Assembly: GCA_026415985.1 (NCBI GenBank)
Contig: JAOAGA010000003.1
Span: 1 to 53,443, forward strand
Source: Pseudomonadota bacterium
GTDB lineage: Bacteria > CALINM01
Direction: 5' to 3'
Length of the DNA stretch: 53,443 nucleotides
Position numbers and translations under genes: made by a program. Below, in pieces: positions 1 through 10,848 of this stretch. The notes beneath the pieces were generated by a model. The model saw nothing but the letters and a program-made list of their open reading frames with translations. It was not told the origin of the DNA and made no database searches. Position 1 is the stretch's first letter. Every line of letters starts with the position of its first letter.

Positions 1-2
1 CC

Positions 3-404
3 TTAAAGGATTACCTTAAAGGATACGGAATATCTGATAATGAAGTTGTTTTGTGGGGTAGCGGAGAGCCCTACAGGGAGTTTCTATATGTGGAAGATCT
101 GGCTGATGCTGTTTTATATCTGACGGAGAGATTAGAGGCAGAGGATATTAAAAAGATTTCGCCTGATTACTTTGTAAATGTTGGCTCCGGTAAAGATATT
201 AAGATAAAGGATCTGGCGGGATTAATTAAGGATATTGTTGGTTATGGTGGAAATATTATCTATGATAAGATGAAACCCGATGGTACTCCAAGGAAGCTTC
301 TTGATGTTAGCAAGGTAAACTCTTTGGGATGGCATGCAAAAACGGCCCTTGAAGAAGGGGTAAAAAAGACCTATGAATGGTATCTTGAAAGATTAAAAAA
401 TTAA
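3..404 (+). CDS. fcl: GDP-L-fucose synthase, 3' part (runs off the window start)
   Basis: WGSGEPYREFLYVEDLA, VNVGSG and KPDGTPRKLLD motifs; the frame is open to the window edge. Confidence 0.9.
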   Translation, partial: LKDYLKGYGISDNEVVLWGSGEPYREFLYVEDLADAVLYLTERLEAEDIKKISPDYFVNVGSGKDIKIKDLAGLIKDIVGYGGNIIYDKMKPDGTPRKLLDVSKVNSLGWHAKTALEEGVKKTYEWYLERLKN

Positions 405-522
405 ATCAGTGGAGCCTCGGATTATATTAAAGGTGAGTCTGCAGGTCTTCTTAAGCCTGAAAATCTAAAATCGAACTCTTAAATACGCTGATACTAACAT
501 TGTTTCAAAACGTTCATAAAAA

Positions 523-551
523 TTGCATTTTTTTCATTTAATTGTTATCTT
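523..551 (+). promoter_or_regulatory. sigma70-type promoter of cobQ (TTGCAT-17-TATCTT, extended TG), probably leaderless
   Basis: -35 at 523-528, TGnTATCTT at 543-551, ATG 7 nt after the -10, no SD. Confidence 0.55.
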
Positions 552-557
552 AATGTT

Positions 558-2039
558 ATGAACGCCCTAATGATTCAGGGGACTTCTTCCCATGCGGGGA
601 AAAGCATAATCACTGCTGGAATTTTGCGGATACTTAAAAGAAGAGGTATCTCCTGTGCCCCTTTTAAGCCCCAGAATATGGCCCTTAACTCCTTTGTTAC
701 AATGGATGGCTATGAGATAGGGAGAGCACAGGCGATGCAGGCTGAGTCTGCAAAAATACTGCCAACTGTTCATATGAACCCGATTCTTCTTAAACCAACC
801 TCTGATTCGAAGGCACAGGTAGTCTTACTGGGTAAACCTTATAAAAATCTTAACGCAAGAGAGTATCTTGAGGAAAAAAAGATTTTAAGAAAATATGCCA
901 TTGAAAGTTTTAATTATCTCAAAAAGAGTTTTGATGTTGTGGTTATTGAAGGAGCGGGAAGTCCCGCTGAGATAAATCTGAGAAAAAATGATATAGCAAA
1001 TATGGGTTTTGCTAAAATTTTTGATATACCTGTGGTCATTGTTGGTGACATAGACAGAGGTGGTGTATATGCCTCTTTTTATGGCACCTATGCTTTATTA
1101 AACAGAAGCGAGAGAAGGCTGATAAAGGGATTTCTTATAAACAAGTTCAGAGGTGACTCTTCTCTCCTTCAAAGCGCAAATGAGTATATTACAAAAAAGA
1201 CTAATGTTCCGGTAATTGGAGTAGTGCCTTTTTTTAAAGATATAAAGATTAGCGAAGAAGACGGCGTGGCTTTAACCAACCCGGGCGGGGGCAAAAAAGA
1301 TAAGGCAGTAAATATCGGTGTGATAAAACTGCCAAGGATATCTAATTTTACTGATTTTGAGCCTTTTCTGCTGGAAGAAGATGTTAATCTTATTTATCTT
1401 AACAGCCCATCAGAAGGGCTAAACTGCGATCTGATAATAATTCCCGGAAGCAAAAATACTATTGAAGATCTCATATATTTGAGAAATAGTGGTTTTGAAG
1501 CCTTTTTAAAAAGCTTTGTTAAAAAAGGCGGAGAGCTCATAGGCATCTGTGGTGGTTATCAGATGTTAGGAAGAAAGATTTATGATCCCTATGGTATAGA
1601 AAGTAATATCAAGGAAGCAGAAGGACTTGGCTATCTGGCAATGGAAACAACCATGGAAAAAGAAAAGAGACTCGAGCAGGTTACTTTTGAAACCATAGAC
1701 GGTAAGCTTAAGGATATGAAAGGTTACGAGATTCATATGGGTATCAGTAAAGTTTTTGATGGAGAAAGAGTTTTCAGAATAAAAGGCAAGGAAGAGTTTG
1801 AGGATGGTGTAAAATCAAAAAAGGCTAATGTCTGGGGAAGTTATATCCATGGACTTTTTGATAATGATAGTTTCAGATTGCATGTTCTTAATGGTCTCAG
1901 AGAAATAAAGGGGCTTCCTGTAAAAAAAAGGACATATAATTATTTGAGGTATAAAGATGATGCCTATGAAAAACTGGCAGATACTATTGAAAACTCAGTT
2001 AATATGGACTATCTGCTAAAAATAATAGGAATTGGTTAG
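558..2039 (+). CDS. cobQ: cobyric acid synthase
   Basis: MIQGTSSHAGKS, PFKPQNMALNS, EGAGSPAEINL, GICGGYQMLG and GSYIHGLFDN motifs. Confidence 0.96.
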   Translation: MNALMIQGTSSHAGKSIITAGILRILKRRGISCAPFKPQNMALNSFVTMDGYEIGRAQAMQAESAKILPTVHMNPILLKPTSDSKAQVVLLGKPYKNLNAREYLEEKKILRKYAIESFNYLKKSFDVVVIEGAGSPAEINLRKNDIANMGFAKIFDIPVVIVGDIDRGGVYASFYGTYALLNRSERRLIKGFLINKFRGDSSLLQSANEYITKKTNVPVIGVVPFFKDIKISEEDGVALTNPGGGKKDKAVNIGVIKLPRISNFTDFEPFLLEEDVNLIYLNSPSEGLNCDLIIIPGSKNTIEDLIYLRNSGFEAFLKSFVKKGGELIGICGGYQMLGRKIYDPYGIESNIKEAEGLGYLAMETTMEKEKRLEQVTFETIDGKLKDMKGYEIHMGISKVFDGERVFRIKGKEEFEDGVKSKKANVWGSYIHGLFDNDSFRLHVLNGLREIKGLPVKKRTYNYLRYKDDAYEKLADTIENSVNMDYLLKIIGIG

Positions 2040-2041
2040 AG

Positions 2042-2902
2042 ATGGATATTGTTGAAAGCTTTGAAAAATATTTAAAGATTGAAAAAGGTTTACTGCCACT
2101 TTCTCTGTCGGCCTATATAAGAGATGTAAAAGAGTTTCTGGAATTCAGCAAAATCAATGAAATTAGCGATGTGAGTGCAGAAGAGGTCAGACACTTTGTT
2201 TATCATCTTCATGGAAAAAATAAGGCTACCAGTATTATCAGAAAATTATCTTCTCTGAGAGTTTTTGGAAAGTTTCTCGTAAGGGAAGGTTTTCTGAGTA
2301 AAAATATCTTTGAAGACCTTTCTTTACCCAAAAAGCCAAAACATCTTCCTTCCTTCGTTACGGTTGATGAAGCCTTTGAGATAATAGATGGCATTGAAGG
2401 AGATGATTTTTTATCTAAAAGAAATAAGGCCATATTTGATTTTCTATACTCAGAGGGACTTAGAGTAAGTGAAGTGGTTAATATCAAGACAGATCAGATA
2501 AGCCTGACAAATAAAACCATCAGGATATCTGGAAAGGGGAAAAAGGAAAGGATAATCCCATTAGGGGAGAAAGCCATTAAAAGTCTCAATGATTACCTTA
2601 ATGAAAGAAAGAAAAAAGGATGGGAAGACAGAGAATACATCTTTTTGAATAACAGAGGTGGGAAGCTAACAACAAGGACTATTGAGTTATATATCAAAAA
2701 ATTTTCTAAAAGGGACATAACCCCCCATGCCCTGAGACATAGTTTTGCAACACATCTTCTTGAGGGGGGGGCAGATTTAAGAAGTATCCAGAAATTACTG
2801 GGGCATGAAAGCCTTTCAACTACTCAAAAATACCTGCATCTTAATTTCGATAAATTAGCCTATGTTTATGACAAGTGTCATCCGAGGGCGAAAAAAAAGT
2901 AA
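2042..2902 (+). CDS. xerC: tyrosine recombinase XerC/XerD family
   Basis: GLRVSE, GKGKKER, HALRHSFATHLL, LLGH and TTQKY catalytic motifs; lies upstream of hslV. Confidence 0.85.
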   Translation: MDIVESFEKYLKIEKGLLPLSLSAYIRDVKEFLEFSKINEISDVSAEEVRHFVYHLHGKNKATSIIRKLSSLRVFGKFLVREGFLSKNIFEDLSLPKKPKHLPSFVTVDEAFEIIDGIEGDDFLSKRNKAIFDFLYSEGLRVSEVVNIKTDQISLTNKTIRISGKGKKERIIPLGEKAIKSLNDYLNERKKKGWEDREYIFLNNRGGKLTTRTIELYIKKFSKRDITPHALRHSFATHLLEGGADLRSIQKLLGHESLSTTQKYLHLNFDKLAYVYDKCHPRAKKK

Positions 2903-2988
2903 AAATTATGATATGTCAACGGGAGACCGACTTTTTTTAAAAATCACATTTTTTTGTCTTCCGCTAACATAATTATTTGGGAGGTAAT

Positions 2989-3525
2989 ATGAGTGAGCTA
3001 AAGGGGACAACGATAGTTGCAGTAAAAAAAGACGGGAAGATAGCGATGGCAGCAGATGGACAGGTTACTATGGGTAATAGCATAGTTTTGAAACACTCTG
3101 CGAGAAAGATACAGAAACTTTATAAAGGAACGGTGCTTGCAGGCTTTGCAGGCAGTACCGCAGATGCCTTTTCTTTATTGGAAAGGTTTGAACAAAAATT
3201 AGAAGAGTTCAGAGGTCAGTTAAAGCGGGCTTCTGTTGAGCTTGCCAAGGATTGGAGGACAAATAAAATTTTTCAGAAGCTTGAAGCTCTCTTGATAGTT
3301 GCCGATAAAGATAATCTTTTTATAATATCTGGTAGCGGTGATGTAATAGAGCCTGATGATGGAATTGCCGCTATTGGTTCAGGTGGCCCCTACGCACTTG
3401 CTTCTGCCCGGGCACTTCTGCGTAACACCAATCTGTCTTGTGAAAAGATAGTAAAAGAAAGTATAATGATAGCTTCAGAAATATGTGTTTATACAAACAG
3501 TAATATTATATATGAGGAGCTTTAA
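2989..3525 (+). CDS. hslV: ATP-dependent protease peptidase subunit HslV
   Basis: GTTIVAV catalytic Thr, [14 protein letters not shown]; GGAGGT SD before the ATG at 2989. Confidence 0.97.
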   Translation: MSELKGTTIVAVKKDGKIAMAADGQVTMGNSIVLKHSARKIQKLYKGTVLAGFAGSTADAFSLLERFEQKLEEFRGQLKRASVELAKDWRTNKIFQKLEALLIVADKDNLFIISGSGDVIEPDDGIAAIGSGGPYALASARALLRNTNLSCEKIVKESIMIASEICVYTNSNIIYEEL

Positions 3526-4862
3526 TGATGATAAATCTCGGACTTACTCCAAAAGAGATTGTAGCAGAGCTTGATAAATATATTATCGGTCAAAGGGAAG
3601 CCAAAAAGGCAGTTGCGGTTGCCTTAAGGAACAGGTATAGAAGAAAATATGTTTCTTCACCTTTGAGAGAAGAGATAATGCCTAAAAATATTATAATGAT
3701 CGGGCCTACGGGTGTTGGTAAAACGGAAATAGCAAGGAGATTGGCAAGATTAGCAAAAGCACCCTTTTTAAAGGTTGAGGCCTCTAAGTTTACTGAGGTA
3801 GGCTATGTCGGAAAAGATGTGGAATCTATAATCAGAGAGCTCGTTGAGCGTTCAATTAATATGGTTAAAGAAGAAGAGATGGAAAAGGTTAAGAAAAAGG
3901 CAGAAAAACTTGCCGAAAAAAGGCTTATAGATGCCATATTAAACAGTAAGAAGTCTGCCGATATTTACTCCAAGGATGAACCTCTTTCAAAAGAGAAGGT
4001 GATTTCATCACTTATGGCAGGGGAGCTCGATGAAGATTACGTGGAGTTAGAGATTTCTGAAAAAAAACCGCCTTTTCCCTTTATAGAGGTGTCTGTTCCA
4101 AATGTAGATGATATAGATATGGGGTTAAGAGATGCCTTTTCACAATTGTTTCCTCCGAGAAGGGCAAAGAAAAAGATTAAGGTAAAGGAAGCAAGAAATG
4201 TTTTGATTCAGGAAGAATCAGAAAAACTTATTGATATAGAGGCAATAAAAAGGGAGGCCATAAGAAGGGCTGAAAATGACGGAATAGTTTTTATAGATGA
4301 GATAGATAAGATCGCAAGCAGGGGGACAACTCACGGACCTGATGTATCGAGAGAAGGGGTTCAGAGAGATCTGCTTCCCATTGTTGAAGGTTGTACCGTC
4401 AATACAAAGCACGGGCAGGTTAGGACTGATTATATACTGTTTATAGCATCGGGAGCCTTTCATATATCAAAACCTTCCGACTTAATACCGGAACTTCAGG
4501 GAAGGTTTCCCATCAGGGTTAGCTTAAACTCTCTGACACAGGAAGACTTCAAGAAAATTCTTACTGAACCGGAAAACGCTTTAACTAAGCAATATACAGA
4601 ACTTCTCAAAACAGAAGGTATTGAGGTGAGTTTCTCTGCTGATGGTATTGAAGAGATAGCGAAATTTGCCTATGAAGTTAACGAAAAGACTGAAAATATA
4701 GGCGCAAGAAGGCTTCATACGATTCTTGAAAAGTTATTGGAAGAGATTTCCTTTAATGCCCCCGATATCTCTCCTGCAAAAATCGTTATTACAAGAGATT
4801 TTGTAAGAGAACAGATTAAGGATATTGCCGAAGACAGGGATTTAAGTAAGTATATTTTATAG
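3525..4862 (+). CDS. hslU: ATP-dependent protease ATPase subunit HslU
   Basis: GPTGVGKTE Walker A, GYVG pore loop, [17 protein letters not shown]-terminal YIL. Confidence 0.97.
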   Translation: MMINLGLTPKEIVAELDKYIIGQREAKKAVAVALRNRYRRKYVSSPLREEIMPKNIIMIGPTGVGKTEIARRLARLAKAPFLKVEASKFTEVGYVGKDVESIIRELVERSINMVKEEEMEKVKKKAEKLAEKRLIDAILNSKKSADIYSKDEPLSKEKVISSLMAGELDEDYVELEISEKKPPFPFIEVSVPNVDDIDMGLRDAFSQLFPPRRAKKKIKVKEARNVLIQEESEKLIDIEAIKREAIRRAENDGIVFIDEIDKIASRGTTHGPDVSREGVQRDLLPIVEGCTVNTKHGQVRTDYILFIASGAFHISKPSDLIPELQGRFPIRVSLNSLTQEDFKKILTEPENALTKQYTELLKTEGIEVSFSADGIEEIAKFAYEVNEKTENIGARRLHTILEKLLEEISFNAPDISPAKIVITRDFVREQIKDIAEDRDLSKYIL

Positions 4863-4919
4863 TTGGCTAAAAGTAATTTTAGAATTAAAGTATGTTTTAA
4901 AAGGCGGGTATATTATTTT

Positions 4920-6410
4920 ATGTCAGAAAAGATTTTAGTCTATCACCCCAAGGTTTTTTACAGAAATTTTATCTATGAAACGTTAAACAAGGAAGGTATT
5001 AGCGTAGAGACTGTTGAGAGCATTAAGCTACTTTTAAAAAATATTGATGATATTAAACCTCAGGCAGTTATTGTAGATGTTGATGAGTTGGGGACGAAAG
5101 ACCTTGCTTTCGTTGAATATCTCAGAAAAAACTTTCCTAATACTGCAATAATTGTTCTCTTGTCGTCCGACAGAAGGGAGTATGCAGTCAGATATTTAAG
5201 AATGGGTGCCATTGACTGTCTGGAAAAGCCGTTAAAAAAAGAGGAGCTCATTGCATCGGCAAGTAAAGCAATAAAAATTGAAAAACACAAGAAGGAAAAA
5301 AGTGTTGCTTCAATAGACCGACTTATTTCTCTTGCAGAAAGCTCGGAAAAAATCTCAAAACTGGCTCACAAAAAGTTTGCCTTCAAACTCAGGTCTCCTC
5401 AGAGAGATCTCGTTCAGTCGGTTCTCGACACTATCTCTCTGTTATTCAATGCGGAAAAGGTTTCCATAAGCTGGCTTGATATGGATAAAAGAAAATACTA
5501 CGTAGTAGCCTGTGCGGGAATATGTGTGGATGTGACACTTATGAAACCAAAGGCTATGGGAGAGGGCATAATAGGATATGTGGCAGACAAGAAAGAGGCT
5601 GTTTTGGTTAAAGATATTAACAAAGATGACAGATTTCCTGTATCTCCTTATAAAAAACAATACAAAGGTAATTCCTTTTTGTGCGGACCAATATTTATTG
5701 ATGATGAGGTAGTTGCTGTGGTAAGTGTTAGCGACAGAAAGGATGGTTCTGTCTTTACAGAGGAAGACCTTATCATATTTAAATCTTTTCTGACACAGCT
5801 TTCTTTTGTTTTTAAAACCAATCAGTTGATAGAGGAGTTGGAGAAAAACAGCAAGAGATTTGAAATTTATTATGATCTTTCTGATTATATCATTAATCTT
5901 GTAGAAACAAGTGAGATTTTAAAAAACCTCCTTTTTTCTGTTTCAAAACATTTTACAGCTAAAGGCTCTGCCATATATCTTATCGATGAAAACAGGGAGT
6001 TTATTGTAAAGGAAAGTAGTGTAGGGAGTAAGTTCAGGGATAAAGTGGATTTTTATGATCATTTGGGGGATTTCTTATCAAAAATTCAGTCTTCGCTGGT
6101 TAATAAGGATGTTACAAAGCTGATGGAGGCGCTGTTTGTTGAGGAAAAAATAAATGATGCCATTACGGTGCCTATTACCCTGAAAAATTTCCCCCTTGGT
6201 TTTTTGGTGATAACGGACTTTAAGTTGGAAAATATTGACGATAAAATGTTGAAAGATATTTCAAGGCTTTTTTCTGTTGCTATTAAAAACGATTGGTTAT
6301 ATAAAAATCTTACAAAGACCGTTGATGAGCTTGTGGAAACAAATAAAGCCTTGTCACTTCTGATGGAAAAGTATAAAAAGATTACAAAGGATAAGGAAAG
6401 CAGTGATTGA
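4920..6410 (+). CDS. receiver-domain protein with two GAF domains and no obvious output domain
   Basis: N-terminal REC-like domain (IVDVD, GAIDCLEKP); GAF motifs GEGIIGYVA, SFLCGPI, FTEED; second GAF (AITVPI..PLGFL); start taken at ATG 4920. Confidence 0.75.
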   Translation: MSEKILVYHPKVFYRNFIYETLNKEGISVETVESIKLLLKNIDDIKPQAVIVDVDELGTKDLAFVEYLRKNFPNTAIIVLLSSDRREYAVRYLRMGAIDCLEKPLKKEELIASASKAIKIEKHKKEKSVASIDRLISLAESSEKISKLAHKKFAFKLRSPQRDLVQSVLDTISLLFNAEKVSISWLDMDKRKYYVVACAGICVDVTLMKPKAMGEGIIGYVADKKEAVLVKDINKDDRFPVSPYKKQYKGNSFLCGPIFIDDEVVAVVSVSDRKDGSVFTEEDLIIFKSFLTQLSFVFKTNQLIEELEKNSKRFEIYYDLSDYIINLVETSEILKNLLFSVSKHFTAKGSAIYLIDENREFIVKESSVGSKFRDKVDFYDHLGDFLSKIQSSLVNKDVTKLMEALFVEEKINDAITVPITLKNFPLGFLVITDFKLENIDDKMLKDISRLFSVAIKNDWLYKNLTKTVDELVETNKALSLLMEKYKKITKDKESSD

Positions 6411-6534
6411 TGAACCACAGAAATCAGATTATAGGCTAATTTAGGCAGGAGAGTCTTAAAATACCTGATATAAGGGCTCAGATAGCGATATTTTTTTAAT
6501 ATAAAACTTTTAAAAAATATTTGAGAGGTAAGAG

Positions 6535-7422
6535 ATGAAAGAGGCAAAAACAAAGGTAAAAACTCTGCTTGAATGTCTTCCCTATATTAAAAGCTTTTAT
6601 GGGAAAACGGTTGTTATTAAGTATGGCGGGCATGCTATGGTTGATGAAGAGTTACAAAATGCCTTTGCTGAGGACATTGTACTTTTGAGGTATGTAGGAA
6701 TCAAACCAATAGTAGTTCATGGTGGTGGACCTCAGATAGACGATCTGATGGAAAGATTGGGGAAAAAATCAACCTTTGTTGAGGGTATGAGAATTACCGA
6801 TGAAGACACAATGGATATAGTAGAGATGGTGCTTGGCGGTAAGATTAATACTGACATAGTGAGCCTGATAAACAAACACGGCGGGAGGGCCATAGGGTTA
6901 TCAGGCAAAGACGCTAATTTTATAAAGGCAGAGAGGATTTATGGCAGGAAAAAGATAAAAGATGGTTATGAAGATATAGATATAGGACTGGTTGGTGAGG
7001 TTGAGGAGGTAGATGTCTCAATTCTTAACGCAATACTTGATAATGGGTTTATACCTGTTATTGCACCATACGGCACCGGTGAGAACGGTGAGAGTTTGAA
7101 TATCAATGCGGATCTTGTGGCAGGTAATATTGCCTCAGCGATGACCGCAGAAAAGCTTATTTTATTAACCGATACGGAAGGTGTTCTTGATAGAAATGGT
7201 AAGCTTTTATCTTTTATCAAATATGAAGATGCGGTAAATATGGTTGAAAAAAAGGATATTATATCTGGTGGTATGATTCCCAAGATTAAATGTTGTATAG
7301 ATGCACTGAAGGGAGATGTTCACTCCTGTCATATAATTGATGGCAGAGTGGAACATTCAATACTCCTTGAGATATTCACCCAAAAGGGAATAGGAACAAA
7401 GATAGCGATGGAAGAGGATTAA
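6535..7422 (+). CDS. argB: acetylglutamate kinase
   Basis: VIKYGGHAM, VVHGGGPQI, NINAD, GGMIPK. Confidence 0.97.
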   Translation: MKEAKTKVKTLLECLPYIKSFYGKTVVIKYGGHAMVDEELQNAFAEDIVLLRYVGIKPIVVHGGGPQIDDLMERLGKKSTFVEGMRITDEDTMDIVEMVLGGKINTDIVSLINKHGGRAIGLSGKDANFIKAERIYGRKKIKDGYEDIDIGLVGEVEEVDVSILNAILDNGFIPVIAPYGTGENGESLNINADLVAGNIASAMTAEKLILLTDTEGVLDRNGKLLSFIKYEDAVNMVEKKDIISGGMIPKIKCCIDALKGDVHSCHIIDGRVEHSILLEIFTQKGIGTKIAMEED

Positions 7423-7423
7423 G

Positions 7424-8626
7424 ATGGCAAAGTACAAAGATACTGATAAATATATAATGAATACATATAAAAGGTATCCCTTAACAATTTTATCGGGAAA
7501 GGGTTCATACCTTTTTGACAGCGATGGCAGAAAATATCTTGATTTTATTGCAGGAATAGCGGTATGTTCACTGGGACATTGTCCGGAGGTCATTCATAAG
7601 ACATTGTCTGATCAGTCAAAAAGGCTTATCCACACTTCAAACCTCTTTTATACGATTCCTCAGGCAGAGCTTGCGGGTGCTTTAGCTAAAAAGATCCAGA
7701 CTTATGACAAAAAACTACCTCTTTACAAATCATTTTTTTGTAACAGCGGAGCAGAAGCAAATGAATCTGCAATAAAGCTTGCAAGGAAATTTCAGAAAAA
7801 AAACGGGCAGGACAGATATGAGATTATAACTTTTTTAAACTCTTTTCATGGCAGGACATATGGAGCCATTTCCGCAACAGGACAGGATAAGTTTCACAAA
7901 GGTTTCGAACCTATGCTACCGGGCTTTAAATATTTGCCCTTCAATGATATTAAATCTTTAAAAAAAGCCATAAATAAGAAAACATCTGCCATTATGCTCG
8001 AACTGGTTCAGGCAGAAGGTGGTGTAAATATTATCGATGTAAATTTTTTAAAGGAGATAAAAGGTATCTGCGAAGAGGAAGGTGTTCTTTTAATATATGA
8101 TGAGGTGCAGACCGGTGTCGGAAGAACAGGAAGATTTTTCTGCTTTGAACATTTTGGCATTGAACCCCATATAATAACCTTGGCTAAAGGAATTGCGGGT
8201 GGTCTTCCTATGGGAGTTATGATGGCTAAAGAAGAGATTGCATCTGCCTTTGAGCCGGGCAATCATGCATCAACATTTGGTGGGAACCCCCTTGTTTCAC
8301 AGGTTGCATTAGAAGTAATTTCAAAGATGGATAAAAAATTTCTTAAATCTGTTGAAAAAAAAGGGGAATATCTTATAAAATCATTATCTCTGTTGAAGGA
8401 AAAATATCCTTTAAAAGACATAAGAGGTTTAGGATTACTTATTGGTGCAGATATAGACATAAAAGAACCTTCCAAGATTATTGATAAGGCAATGGAAAAG
8501 GGGCTTTTAGTTAACATTACGGCGGGGAAGACAATGAGACTTGTTCCGCCTTTGACAGTATCCTTTGACGAAATAGACGAGTTTATTTCAAAACTTGAGA
8601 ATACCTTAAAAGAGGTAACAAGATGA
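7424..8626 (+). CDS. argD: acetylornithine aminotransferase
   Basis: NSGAEANE, SFHGRT, DEVQTG, TLAKG, STFGGNP; in the arg operon. Confidence 0.94.
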   Translation: MAKYKDTDKYIMNTYKRYPLTILSGKGSYLFDSDGRKYLDFIAGIAVCSLGHCPEVIHKTLSDQSKRLIHTSNLFYTIPQAELAGALAKKIQTYDKKLPLYKSFFCNSGAEANESAIKLARKFQKKNGQDRYEIITFLNSFHGRTYGAISATGQDKFHKGFEPMLPGFKYLPFNDIKSLKKAINKKTSAIMLELVQAEGGVNIIDVNFLKEIKGICEEEGVLLIYDEVQTGVGRTGRFFCFEHFGIEPHIITLAKGIAGGLPMGVMMAKEEIASAFEPGNHASTFGGNPLVSQVALEVISKMDKKFLKSVEKKGEYLIKSLSLLKEKYPLKDIRGLGLLIGADIDIKEPSKIIDKAMEKGLLVNITAGKTMRLVPPLTVSFDEIDEFISKLENTLKEVTR

Positions 8627-9528
8627 AAAGAGATTTTTTAAGGCTTCTTGACCTATCTCCTTCTGAGATAGATAAAATTATTAAAAGAACCTCCCTTTTA
8701 AAAAAAAACAGAGGAAAGACAGAAAAAAAACTTCCTTTAAAAAATAAGACAACCGCTCTTATTTTTGAAAAATCTTCAACCCGAACGAGGGTATCCTTTG
8801 AAGTAGGTGTCTATGAGTTAGGTGGCAAATCAATTTTTTTAAGTCCAAGAGACCTTCAAATGGGAAGGGGAGAACCTATAAAAGATACCGCAAGGGTTCT
8901 TTCAAGATATGTTCATCTTATAGTTTACAGATGTTTTGAGCATTCAAAGCTGGAAGAACTGGCAAAATATTCTTCCTGTCCTGTCATAAACGGGTTATCA
9001 GATTTAACTCATCCGGTGCAGGTTCTTTCAGATCTTTTTACTATCTACGAGCATTTTGGAGACTATAAAAAACTTAATATCAGCTGGGTTGGCGATGGCA
9101 ACAATATGGCTAATGCCTGGATAGAAGCCCATTTGGTATTAGGTTTCAATCTTACCCTTGCCTGTCCCAAAAAATATTATCCCGATAAAGAACTTTTAAA
9201 AAGGGCTATGAAAAACAAAAATTTCAGGATTACCGAAGATCCTAAGGAAGCAGTTAAATCATCGGATGTCATTAACACCGATGTGTGGATTAGTATGGGA
9301 GACGAGGAAGAGGCAGAAGAAAGAAAAAGGGCCTTTAAGGGTTATCAGATCAACAGGGATCTTTTAAAACTGGCTGACAAGAATGCCATAGTTCTTCACT
9401 GTCTCCCCGCCTACAGAGGTCAGGAGATTACCGATGAGATAATAGAGGACAAAAAATCGGTTATTTTTACACAGGCAGAAAACAGATTACATACACAAAA
9501 GGCATTAATGGAGTTTTTAGTTAAATAA
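8623..9528 (+). CDS. argF: ornithine carbamoyltransferase
   Basis: [22 protein letters not shown]. Confidence 0.97.
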   Translation: MKRDFLRLLDLSPSEIDKIIKRTSLLKKNRGKTEKKLPLKNKTTALIFEKSSTRTRVSFEVGVYELGGKSIFLSPRDLQMGRGEPIKDTARVLSRYVHLIVYRCFEHSKLEELAKYSSCPVINGLSDLTHPVQVLSDLFTIYEHFGDYKKLNISWVGDGNNMANAWIEAHLVLGFNLTLACPKKYYPDKELLKRAMKNKNFRITEDPKEAVKSSDVINTDVWISMGDEEEAEERKRAFKGYQINRDLLKLADKNAIVLHCLPAYRGQEITDEIIEDKKSVIFTQAENRLHTQKALMEFLVK

Positions 9529-9547
9529 AATATTAAAGGAGTTTTGT

Positions 9548-10741
9548 ATGGCTAAAAAGATTGTTCTTGCGTACTCAGGCGGGCTCGATACCTCTGTAAT
9601 ACTAAAATGGCTTAAAGAAACTTATAAAGCTGAGATAATCGCCTTTGCCGCAGATTTAGGACAGGGAGAAGAGCTTGATACCGTGGAAGAACGGGCTAAA
9701 AAAACAGGTGCCAAGAAAGTGTATATTGATGATCTGAGAGAGGAGTTTGTCAGAGATTTTGTTTTTCCCATGCTTAGAGGAAACGCTATCTATGAAACAG
9801 GTTATTTACTGGGCACTTCAATAGCAAGACCATTAATCGCAAAGAGACAGATTGAGATAGCCAGGAAAGAAAAGGCAGAATACATTGCCCACGGTGCTAC
9901 CGGTAAAGGAAATGATCAGGTCAGATTTGAGCTTACCGCTTATGCCCTTATGCCAAATATAAAAATAATTGCTCCGTGGAGAGAATGGAATTTCAAATCA
10001 AGAACAGATTTAATAGACTATGCAAAAAAACACAAGATACCGGTTCCGGTAACAAAGGATAAACCTTACAGTAGTGACAGGAATCTCTTACATATAAGCT
10101 ATGAAGGGGGCATACTGGAAGATATTACAAAGGAACCGCCTGAGGATATCTTTCAGATAACAATATCACCGCAAAATGCTCCAGACAAACCAGAGTATAT
10201 TGAGGTTGAGTTTAAAGCGGGTGATCCCATTGCTATTAACGGAAAGAAGATGAAGCCACACATTTTGCTTGATACACTTAACAAGATTGGCGGAAGAAAT
10301 GGCATTGGAAGAGATGATATAGTGGAGAACAGGTTTGTAGGTATGAAATCGAGAGGAGTATATGAAACTCCCGGTGGAACCATAATTCATAAGGCAAGAA
10401 GGGCTCTTGAAGCGATAACTCTCGACAGAGAGGTATTAAGGATTAAAGATAGCCTTATGCCTAAATATGCAGAGCTTATTTACTATGGATTCTGGTTTTC
10501 CCCTGAAAGGGAGTTACTACAGCAGTTTATTGATACTGCATCAAAAAATGTTGAGGGTAAGGTTAGACTTAAGTTGTATAAGGGCAACGTAATAATAGCT
10601 GGAAGAGAGTCCAAAAAGAGCCTCTATATGGAAAAGATGGCAACCTTTGAAAAGGATGATGTTTACAATCAAAAAGACGCAGAAGGATTTATAAAACTCA
10701 ACGCATTGAGATTGAGAATCAGGGCTATGTTGGATATATGA
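9548..10741 (+). CDS. argG: argininosuccinate synthase
   Basis: [32 protein letters not shown]. Confidence 0.98.
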   Translation: MAKKIVLAYSGGLDTSVILKWLKETYKAEIIAFAADLGQGEELDTVEERAKKTGAKKVYIDDLREEFVRDFVFPMLRGNAIYETGYLLGTSIARPLIAKRQIEIARKEKAEYIAHGATGKGNDQVRFELTAYALMPNIKIIAPWREWNFKSRTDLIDYAKKHKIPVPVTKDKPYSSDRNLLHISYEGGILEDITKEPPEDIFQITISPQNAPDKPEYIEVEFKAGDPIAINGKKMKPHILLDTLNKIGGRNGIGRDDIVENRFVGMKSRGVYETPGGTIIHKARRALEAITLDREVLRIKDSLMPKYAELIYYGFWFSPERELLQQFIDTASKNVEGKVRLKLYKGNVIIAGRESKKSLYMEKMATFEKDDVYNQKDAEGFIKLNALRLRIRAMLDI

Positions 10742-10813
10742 GTGATATGTGATATACGTGATACGTGATACGTGAGATGTAATATGTGATATGTGATAGG
10801 TGATTGGTGAGTG
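10742..10813. repeat. degenerate tandem heptamer repeat (GTGATAY-like, about 10 units)
   Basis: gtgatat-gtgatat-ac-gtgatac-gtgatac-gtgagat-gtaatat-gtgatat-gtgatag-gtgattg-gtgagtg, between argG and argH. Confidence 0.85.
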
Positions 10814-10848
10814 TTTTTAATATAAACAAGTAAGTTATCGGGGAAGAT

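Noticed and set aside
405-520. Cobalamin riboswitch upstream of cobQ
   Set aside because: Only fragments (CCACTG, AGACCTGC) are present, on the wrong strand and in the wrong order; promoter geometry suggests no leader
2042-2902. Tyrosine recombinase as a phage or island integrase
   Set aside because: Its length, motifs and position before hslVU fit housekeeping XerC; no att repeats or cargo genes were seen
6086-6553. 155-aa minus-strand ORF
   Set aside because: Antisense to the REC-GAF gene and the argB start; Phe/Ser/Leu bias typical of a shadow frame
10742-10813. Possible CRISPR array
   Set aside because: 7-bp tandem units with no spacers and no cas genes
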